From Rhodothermales bacterium (lineage in GTDB: Bacteria; Bacteroidota; Rhodothermia; Rhodothermales; VXPQ01), in the NCBI GenBank assembly GCA_040904565.1, contig JBBDTI010000078.1, positions 1-18,925 on the forward strand: a stretch of DNA of 18,925 bases, in the 5' to 3' direction. Below, one piece after another: positions 1-6,680 of this stretch (position 1 is the first letter of the stretch; each line of letters begins with the position of its first letter). The position numbers and the translations under genes are program-made. The notes beneath the pieces were generated by a model, which had not been told where the DNA came from, made no database searches, and worked only from the letters and a program-made list of their open reading frames with translations.

Positions 1-2
1 GG

Positions 3-209
3 ACTTTCATTGAATCAGGGATGGAATCGTTCAATTCCCGAGCTGAGGCCACCGGTCATCCACTCGCGGAGCGGCTGTTCGAGATTGACGGCGTCGACAA
101 CGTGTTTATCCTTCCCCAGTTTCTGACCGTAACGAAATCAGCGACGGCGGATTGGAACGATGTCGTACCCGGCGTGGAACGGGTCGTGGAGGACGTGCTC
201 GACGCGTAG
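3..209 (+). CDS. Nfu/NifU N-terminal (scaffold) domain protein, 5'-truncated by window edge
   Basis: Frame is open from base 3 (TFIESG-MESF...). HPLAERLFEIDGVDNVFILPQFLTVTK...DW matches the Nfu_N pattern (PLA..LF.I.GV..VF...F.TVTK....W). It stops at TAG 207-209 with no NifU C-terminal CxxC domain. Confidence 0.8.
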   Translation, partial: TFIESGMESFNSRAEATGHPLAERLFEIDGVDNVFILPQFLTVTKSATADWNDVVPGVERVVEDVLDA

Positions 210-286
210 CGTGCCGGTCGTTCAGGCGTCGGAAGGGGCACCTGGGCCGCGGCAGACATGGATTCCGCAACATCGGCGCGACCCGA

Positions 287-1348
287 TCAGTCGTCAATCC
301 GCTCCGTGAGAAAGGCTACCGTATCTCTCCCATCCGGACACCAGTCCAGCTTAGGCCGCTGCGCTTCGCCCATCGGCAAGAGGCGCATATCGGCGGAAAG
401 ACGAGGCCGCACGTTCGGACCGGCCACGACCAGCTGGATCTCGTCCACATGTGAACGCAGCCATCGGTCGACGTCTTCAACGGCATCATAAGCGCACCAG
501 CGCACGTGACCAGATTGCTGTTCCTCAGGCTCACCCCGGCTCAGGAGAAACTCCAGCCCCTCCCCGTACGCGTGAGGCTGCTCCACGGCGGCCAGGAACG
601 CCTGCTGCATGGCGAGTCGCCCCGGAGTGCCCTCATGCGCGGGAAACACCCCACGAAAGTGCGCGAAGGCGTCCAGCACCGGATCGGGAGACATGTCTAT
701 CGGCGCCCAGATGAGCGCCACATTCCGACACCCGAACCCTTCGTGCAGAAGGGCGTCCTCAGCCAGCTTCTCGAAGTCGTCCTCCGTCTCGCTTCCATCC
801 AGAACGGCCACCGAATACGAATGCCCTCGAATCAGTCTTCGCCTTTCCGGAATGCCGTACCGCTCGCACTGACGTTGTACCCACGCGATCGTCTCGTCGG
901 ATCCCGTCGCGATCACGGCGTCCGAGCGTGCGAACACCTGCTCCGCAGCGTCGAACGCTGCTTCCAGAGCCGGTAGTCGGTCATGCAGATCCTTGACGAA
1001 AGCCGGGAGCAGCGCCGGCGATCGAGACGATACGCTTCCGACATACCGGTGCCCCGCAAGCACGACAGCCAGCAGATCCTGCAGCCCGACCATAGGGATG
1101 TTGCCCGCATTGAGGACCCCTACGGTCCGGGACGTCTTTGCTCGACGCCCGTTCAACCACCCACGCAGCGCGTCCACCGTCAATAGCGACATCTGCTGGT
1201 TGACGGCAAACGTGACCGCCTCGCGCGTAAACGTATTTTCCGCTTCGAGCGTCCGTTTGACCGCGTTTTCCCGAGGATTATGATCCGGGTCGCGCCATTC
1301 TAACGCGGTTGCCGCCACCGCACCCATCCAGTCGTCCGCGTCAGACAT
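287..1348 (-). CDS. LuxC-like acyl-CoA/acyl-protein reductase (ALDH superfamily)
   Basis: Motifs AGNIPMVG, VIATGS and GFGCRNV (putative catalytic Cys). Start reassigned from 1588 to ATG 1348 (MSDADDW), which overlaps the upstream gene's stop by 8 nt (ATGTCTGA). Confidence 0.8.
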   Translation of the reverse strand: MSDADDWMGAVAATALEWRDPDHNPRENAVKRTLEAENTFTREAVTFAVNQQMSLLTVDALRGWLNGRRAKTSRTVGVLNAGNIPMVGLQDLLAVVLAGHRYVGSVSSRSPALLPAFVKDLHDRLPALEAAFDAAEQVFARSDAVIATGSDETIAWVQRQCERYGIPERRRLIRGHSYSVAVLDGSETEDDFEKLAEDALLHEGFGCRNVALIWAPIDMSPDPVLDAFAHFRGVFPAHEGTPGRLAMQQAFLAAVEQPHAYGEGLEFLLSRGEPEEQQSGHVRWCAYDAVEDVDRWLRSHVDEIQLVVAGPNVRPRLSADMRLLPMGEAQRPKLDWCPDGRDTVAFLTERIDD

Positions 1349-2336
1349 GTTCGAGCAGGAAATTACATCCTCGTAACTCGGCGCCGGAGAGCCGGCCAAG
1401 AATTTCGAACCCCTTCCCTCTTCGAACCGCCCGATCCTCCGTAAGCAGCGCCGACGCCGTGTACACGTTTGCCAGGTCCAGGACGGCCAGCGCACCGACC
1501 TCTCCTTCTTCCAGCTCTTCGAACGGAGCGGCGGGATCCACGATCCACGTGCGCATCCACGGCGGAGGCACGAAGCGGTTATCCCCACGCGTGTAACACT
1601 GGCTCAGGAGCTCACACATCCCGTATTCACTCCGGATCGCCGACCTTTCTAATCCGAATCCTTCCGCTAGACGCCGGTGCAGTTCGACCCGATCGATCTC
1701 TCGCCGATGCGTTTTCATCCCTCCCGTCTCGATCACCAGAGCCGTCTCGGGCAGTTCGAACGTCCGCCGTTCCACCACATCCAGGAGTCCGAATGCAGCG
1801 CCGAAAACAAGTAACGGACGCCCTTCCCGCCTGCTCCGATCGGCCAGACCCGATAGCCGGGAGACGTCACCCAGCACGGAACCGCTCCCATCGGCACCGA
1901 ACCGATCCTGAAGCATCTCGACCATATAGAGCAGCGAGGACGCTTCGCCCGCCTCGGCATAGCGAGGCAGATACGAGGCAAAAACAAACGGTCGGCCGCC
2001 GAAGACCTGCTCGAAATGAACGGCTGCCGCGGCATCGTACAGGGACAGATCCCGTACGAAGTGACGGCTCGGTACCCCGCTGCCCGTCCGACTGCTCTCG
2101 AACACGGCATCCTCCTCACCGGAGGGAAACGCCGCGACCCTCGATTGCTTGAATGCGGCTACGGGAAGAAACGTCGGAAGCGATCCTCGCCGTGGGGACA
2201 GCGCCGTGCAATAACGGCTATAGACTGGATTATGGGAACGCTGGTACGAGAGGACGACGTCCGCCATGGCGTCGAATCGATCGGGACGGTCTCGGGACAG
2301 CGTGGTAAAGCTTCGAGCAACCTCTTCTATCGTCAC
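1341..2336 (-). CDS. LuxE-like acyl-protein synthetase / acyl transferase
   Basis: FESSRTGS (SSGT-type adenylation loop variant), IETGGMK, SEYGMCELLSQ, DLAN, and C-terminal ILGRLSGAELRGC carrying the LuxE-type acylated Cys. Confidence 0.8.
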   Translation of the reverse strand: MTIEEVARSFTTLSRDRPDRFDAMADVVLSYQRSHNPVYSRYCTALSPRRGSLPTFLPVAAFKQSRVAAFPSGEEDAVFESSRTGSGVPSRHFVRDLSLYDAAAAVHFEQVFGGRPFVFASYLPRYAEAGEASSLLYMVEMLQDRFGADGSGSVLGDVSRLSGLADRSRREGRPLLVFGAAFGLLDVVERRTFELPETALVIETGGMKTHRREIDRVELHRRLAEGFGLERSAIRSEYGMCELLSQCYTRGDNRFVPPPWMRTWIVDPAAPFEELEEGEVGALAVLDLANVYTASALLTEDRAVRRGKGFEILGRLSGAELRGCNFLLEHV

Positions 2337-2351
2337 GACTGGATCATCGGG

Positions 2352-2990
2352 TCAGCTGCTGAACTTGATCGTACAGCCAAATGCACTGGTTCGAGAGGGT
2401 TCGACGTCCAGATCTCCGGTCACGCCATCGAGCACGTCGCGCAAATGATGCTGCTCCACGTGGTCGGGATCGCCCGGACTGTCATCGATCGCCCCCGCGT
2501 AGATCAGGGTCGCCCCACCGTCGAACACGTAGACATGCGGCGTGCGTTTTGCCCCGAAGGCGTTCGCGAGGCGTGACGTCGGGTCGGTTAGGTACGTCAC
2601 GGAAGGCGGATAGCCGGCTTCACGGTAGCGTACGGCGCTCTCCTGTGGAGACTCCTTGGGATAGGCCCGCGTGTCGTTCGAATTGACGAGAACGAACGCG
2701 ACGCCGCGATCGCCGTAGGTTTCGGCTATTTCTATGAATCGATCTTCGTACCTGTCGACCCACGGGCACTGGTTACTCCAGAACACGACGACCGTCGCAG
2801 CTGCTCCCTGTAGGTCGGCGAGGGTGAACTGCCCTCCCCTCACGTCCGTCATCGATGCGTCGGGCATGGGCATGGGCGTTCCGAGGGCCGCCTCATCCGG
2901 TGCCTGTGCGTGCGCCGGAGCAGCTAGGCCGACGCAGGCTGCCAGCACGTACAAGAACCATCGCGTCGAGTGCCGAGTGTGTTGCCGCAT
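2352..2990 (-). CDS. Exported thioredoxin-fold redoxin (AhpC/TSA, PRX-like1 type)
   Basis: Sec signal peptide ending AHA-Q; FWSNQCPWV, VNSND, FGAKRTPHVYVFD, YAGAIDD and C-terminal GCTIK. Confidence 0.8.
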   Translation of the reverse strand: MRQHTRHSTRWFLYVLAACVGLAAPAHAQAPDEAALGTPMPMPDASMTDVRGGQFTLADLQGAAATVVVFWSNQCPWVDRYEDRFIEIAETYGDRGVAFVLVNSNDTRAYPKESPQESAVRYREAGYPPSVTYLTDPTSRLANAFGAKRTPHVYVFDGGATLIYAGAIDDSPGDPDHVEQHHLRDVLDGVTGDLDVEPSRTSAFGCTIKFSS

Positions 2991-3074
2991 CGCCGAATCC
3001 CGCTTTCAATCGTAAGACCGTCAACGGCCTCTACTTCCCAGTGGATACACTGTTTCACCGGACGGCAGCATGCC

Positions 3075-5078
3075 TTATCTCGCAGCTTCGCGCGCTTCCG
3101 CGGTCGTGTAGAGCGCGTTGAGAAGATCCAGTTTCTGGATGGGCTTGGCGACGTAGGCGTCCCATCCGCGGTCGAGGCAGAGGGCGCGCCGACCGGACCG
3201 CCGTTCACCGTCCAGATAGACGCACCGCGCGGATGCTGCGACCGGATGCGCCCGGATCCGTGCCAGCAGTGCGTCGGGCGTCAGTCCGGCGCCGAGTTTC
3301 GCGTCGATCAGAACGACATCGAACGAATGATCCTCTGCAAATCGATCCACGTCCGACAGCTCCGTGACGAATTCAAACGCGAACTGGTCCTCCATAAGGT
3401 GATCGATGAGTCGATGCGTCTCCTGCCGCGGGTCCGCGACGAGCACGTGAGGCCGGGAGGAGCTCGGACGGCGCAACGTGGGGATGGCTAAAGGCAGTCG
3501 CATCACGAACGACGCGCCCGCCCCTTTCCGGCTGTGAACGCGAAGGTCCCCGTTCATCATTCGAACGAATTGCTCTGCTACGGCCAGACCCATCCCCGCT
3601 CCCTCGAACGAGCGATCCACGCCATCCTCTTCCTGAAGAAAGGGCTCGAAGACGTCATGGTGGACCGAGCGGCTGATACCAACGCCCGTATCCATCACGC
3701 GGATGTATGCCGAATCGTCACGCTGTGACACGTCGACGGCCACACCACCGTCTTTCGTAAACTTGAGTGCGTTGTCGACGAGACTCCGGACACACCGGCC
3801 GAGACCCTCGCGGTCCGCCAAAACGAACACCTCCGAGTCGCCCGCCGAAAATTCGAGAAAGAGTCCACGGCGCTCCGCCTCCGACCGGCAGGCGCGCACG
3901 ACGTCTTCGACCTCGGTGACCGAATCCAGCATCATCGGCTTCACGTCCAGTCGCTCCGCCTGAAGGCCAGCCAGATCGATCATGTTGTTGAGGGTGTCCG
4001 AAAGCCGGCGTCCGTTGCCTTCGATACTGTCCATAAACTCCCGCAGCGCGGGGTCCATCTCGGACTTGAGCATCTGGGCCGTACCGATGATGCCGGATAG
4101 CGGCGTGCGGATCTCATGGCTCACGTTCTGCAGCAGCGCCTCTTTCAGGCGCGACGCCCTGGCACTGTTCTCCCGCGCCTCCTTCAGGTCGTCCCGACAT
4201 CGGGCCAGCTCCGTACGGTCCTGTCCGAAGCCGAGCACCATCAATACGTCGCCGTCCTCATCTTCGAACGGCACGTAGCGCCATGCCAGCCGGCGTTGTC
4301 GTCCGTCGACGACGATCCGTTCTTCGAAGTAGACCGTTTCACACCGATCTACGGCCTCCATCCGATGTGCCCTTCGCCGAAGCGCCAGCTCGGTGTGGAG
4401 GCCCGACTCCCGGCAGTAGTCGAAGTCCGTTCGGCCGATGAACCAGGAGCGCTGCCGGTCGTCGACGAGAAAGGAAGAGCTCAGATATCTGTACTTACCC
4501 TCCGGCGAGAGGATGGCGACCTCGAGGGGCATGTTTTCGATGAGATGATCGAGGAAGCGCTCGTAGTGGGCGCAGAGAGCGCGCTCGGTGGTAACATCTT
4601 CCATGACGGAAATCCGGAGCGTCGTGCCGTCGATCGTCCCCGAATGCATCCGTACGCGCAGGCTGCGGCGCGTACCGTCTGCTTCCTCAACCGATGCATT
4701 GAATACGGCTTTCCCGTCCCGTTCGAGCATCGAACGCACGACATCCTCGTCGACGTCTCCATCCATCGACAGTCGATCCAGCAGCCGGCTTCTTCCAAGT
4801 CCACGGCCGCGAAGGTTGAGCATCGACGTCGCCGCGGCGTTCGCGTCGACGACGTGCAATGCCTCGTTCGTCACGACGACCGGCGCCCCTGCCGCATCCA
4901 ACGTCGTTCGAAGACGGACCGCCTCCACCCGCCATCGGCTCGACCTCCGCCAGAACACGGCGGAGAGGCCGATGAAAAAGAGGAGGCTGAAGAAGAAGAT
5001 CCCTGCGAGCACCTGCAGCACGCCGGAATCGACGACGGGCAGGCCCACGAGGGCGTGCGAGGGTATTGCGTCTATCAT
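3075..5078 (-). CDS. Membrane-anchored PAS-domain hybrid sensor histidine kinase with atypical C-terminal receiver
   Basis: N-terminal TM helix, two PAS-like segments, H box SHEIRTPL, N box LVDNALKFT, G1 DTGVGI, F box FEPFLQ, G2 GAGMGL, receiver with VVLID and AKP. Confidence 0.9.
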   Translation of the reverse strand: MIDAIPSHALVGLPVVDSGVLQVLAGIFFFSLLFFIGLSAVFWRRSSRWRVEAVRLRTTLDAAGAPVVVTNEALHVVDANAAATSMLNLRGRGLGRSRLLDRLSMDGDVDEDVVRSMLERDGKAVFNASVEEADGTRRSLRVRMHSGTIDGTTLRISVMEDVTTERALCAHYERFLDHLIENMPLEVAILSPEGKYRYLSSSFLVDDRQRSWFIGRTDFDYCRESGLHTELALRRRAHRMEAVDRCETVYFEERIVVDGRQRRLAWRYVPFEDEDGDVLMVLGFGQDRTELARCRDDLKEARENSARASRLKEALLQNVSHEIRTPLSGIIGTAQMLKSEMDPALREFMDSIEGNGRRLSDTLNNMIDLAGLQAERLDVKPMMLDSVTEVEDVVRACRSEAERRGLFLEFSAGDSEVFVLADREGLGRCVRSLVDNALKFTKDGGVAVDVSQRDDSAYIRVMDTGVGISRSVHHDVFEPFLQEEDGVDRSFEGAGMGLAVAEQFVRMMNGDLRVHSRKGAGASFVMRLPLAIPTLRRPSSSRPHVLVADPRQETHRLIDHLMEDQFAFEFVTELSDVDRFAEDHSFDVVLIDAKLGAGLTPDALLARIRAHPVAASARCVYLDGERRSGRRALCLDRGWDAYVAKPIQKLDLLNALYTTAEAREAAR

Positions 5079-5121
5079 GCTTCCACCACGAGAGCGTTCG
5101 ACGACGGTATAGTCGTCTACC

Positions 5122-5149
5122 GTATCGGCGGCAAGCCGTCCAAACTTAA
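5122..5149 (-). promoter_or_regulatory. Putative sigma28 (FliA/SigD)-type promoter for the hybrid kinase
   Basis: Minus strand reads T-TAAG-TTTGGACGGCTTGCC-GCCGATAC, i.e. TAAG-N15-GCCGATAC versus consensus TAAA-N15-GCCGATAA. The -10 box ends 43 nt upstream of the ATG at 5078. Confidence 0.55.
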
Positions 5150-6669
5150 GCGGACGGATCGGAAGGTCCGGACCCGGTGCGGCGAACGAGCCAGTTGTTG
5201 AGCAGAAACAGCGTCCCGCCGATGCCGACCCACTGGACGAGGCAGGTCATCACGCTGTACGGTTCGAACGGATCGAACCAGTTTTCCGGCGCATAGGTGG
5301 ACGCAGAGAGATAGAGCCACCAGACGAGCAAGACGATCGCCTGCAGGGGGATGGCATAGCGTATGAGCGTCGTCCACACCCGGCCCACGGACCAGTCGGC
5401 ATCTCCGCCGGAGACGACGACCCTGCCGAAATCGGCGGCACCGTGCTTGATGACGGCGGCGGCGACGAACGCGCCGGAAATCATGAGTGCGACGCCCCAT
5501 ACGAAGTCCTGATTTCCGAGAAAATCGAGATACAGGGCGGACGGAACGCCGAGAATGAACCCGAACACCCCCACGGCTCCAATGGCCTGTCGCCGCGGCA
5601 GTCCGGCATCGACGAGCACGCGCGTGGCCAGCTCGATCATGGAGATCAGCGAGCTGAAGGCCGCGAACGAAAGCCCCAGAAAGAAAAGCACGGCGAGGCT
5701 CCGCCCGAACTCCATCTTGGCAAACAGCTGGGGCATCCATATGAACGTGAGTCCGGTCGACGCCGGCCCGCTCGTCTTCATCACCTCGAGAATCTCCGGG
5801 CGCGTCATCTCCCCGCCAAGTACGGCGAACACGGTGCCGAAGATCATGATCGCGGCGAGGAGCGAGACGACGTTATTCCCGATACCGGTGATGAACGCGT
5901 TCTTGACGATGCCGTGACGGCGCTGCATGTAGGCGCCATAGGTAAGGATGAGGCCCCATCCGGCACCCGTGTCCCACGCGTTCTGCGTCAGCGCCTCGAG
6001 CCAGATCGACGGCCGTGTCAATAAGTCCAGCTGCGGCGTGAACAGAAATGCCAGTCCGTCTGCCGATCCGGGAAGCGTCACTGCGCGCCCGACCGACAGG
6101 AGCACGATCCCGAAAAGAACGGGAATGAGAATTTTGTTCACGCGCTCGATGGATGAGACGCCTTTGACGACGACGGTGACGCCTGCACCCATCGCCAGCG
6201 CATGGAAGAAGAGCGGAAGGCCACCGGACTGAAACCCCTCCCATACGCCGGTGGCTCCGGCCAGGCTGAGCGGAAGCGGTTGCGAGAGCATGGCCCCGAA
6301 GTAGTACACGCACCATCCCGCGACCACGGAATAGTAGAACATGATCGCGGTGGCCACGAAGGCGACGAAGGCGCCCAGCCAGGCAAACCGGGGTCCCGCC
6401 GTCTTGATGAAGGATCCAACGACGCCCTTTCGGCCGTGCCGCCCGATCGCATATTCAGCGATGATAAGGGGAATGCTCCATACGAACAGGAACATGATCC
6501 AGGCGATGAGGAAGGCGCCGGCTCCCTCCTCTCCACCGTTCTGAGCGGCGATGCGAGGAAAGCGCCAGATATTGCCCGTACCCACGGCAATGCCCAGGAC
6601 GCTGAGCAGGAGGCCGATACGGCTGGTGAAGCGTGCGTCGCTGTCTCTGCTATCGTTGCGCGCCGGCAT
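5146..6669 (-). CDS. Sodium-dependent transporter, NSS/SLC6 (SNF) family
   Basis: TM1 AVGTGNIWRFP, GAFL, EYAIGR, FYYSVVAGW, TM8 FAAFSSLISMIE; about 12 hydrophobic segments. Confidence 0.93.
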   Translation of the reverse strand: MPARNDSRDSDARFTSRIGLLLSVLGIAVGTGNIWRFPRIAAQNGGEEGAGAFLIAWIMFLFVWSIPLIIAEYAIGRHGRKGVVGSFIKTAGPRFAWLGAFVAFVATAIMFYYSVVAGWCVYYFGAMLSQPLPLSLAGATGVWEGFQSGGLPLFFHALAMGAGVTVVVKGVSSIERVNKILIPVLFGIVLLSVGRAVTLPGSADGLAFLFTPQLDLLTRPSIWLEALTQNAWDTGAGWGLILTYGAYMQRRHGIVKNAFITGIGNNVVSLLAAIMIFGTVFAVLGGEMTRPEILEVMKTSGPASTGLTFIWMPQLFAKMEFGRSLAVLFFLGLSFAAFSSLISMIELATRVLVDAGLPRRQAIGAVGVFGFILGVPSALYLDFLGNQDFVWGVALMISGAFVAAAVIKHGAADFGRVVVSGGDADWSVGRVWTTLIRYAIPLQAIVLLVWWLYLSASTYAPENWFDPFEPYSVMTCLVQWVGIGGTLFLLNNWLVRRTGSGPSDPSA

Positions 6670-6680
6670 GGAAGACGAAA

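Noticed and set aside
1349-1588. N-terminal extensions of ORF-track calls (luxC-like from 1588, acylase from 9299, parA from 10041)
   Set aside because: They overlap upstream genes or the predicted promoter and look non-protein-like; downstream ATGs give tight coupling and family-typical N-termini.
287-2336. Bioluminescence (lux) operon
   Set aside because: No luxA, luxB, luxD or luxG in the window; only reductase-like components are present.
3049-3062. Small hairpin CAGTG-gata-CACTG after the kinase
   Set aside because: A 5-bp stem with no U-tract on the transcribed (minus) strand is too weak to call a terminator.
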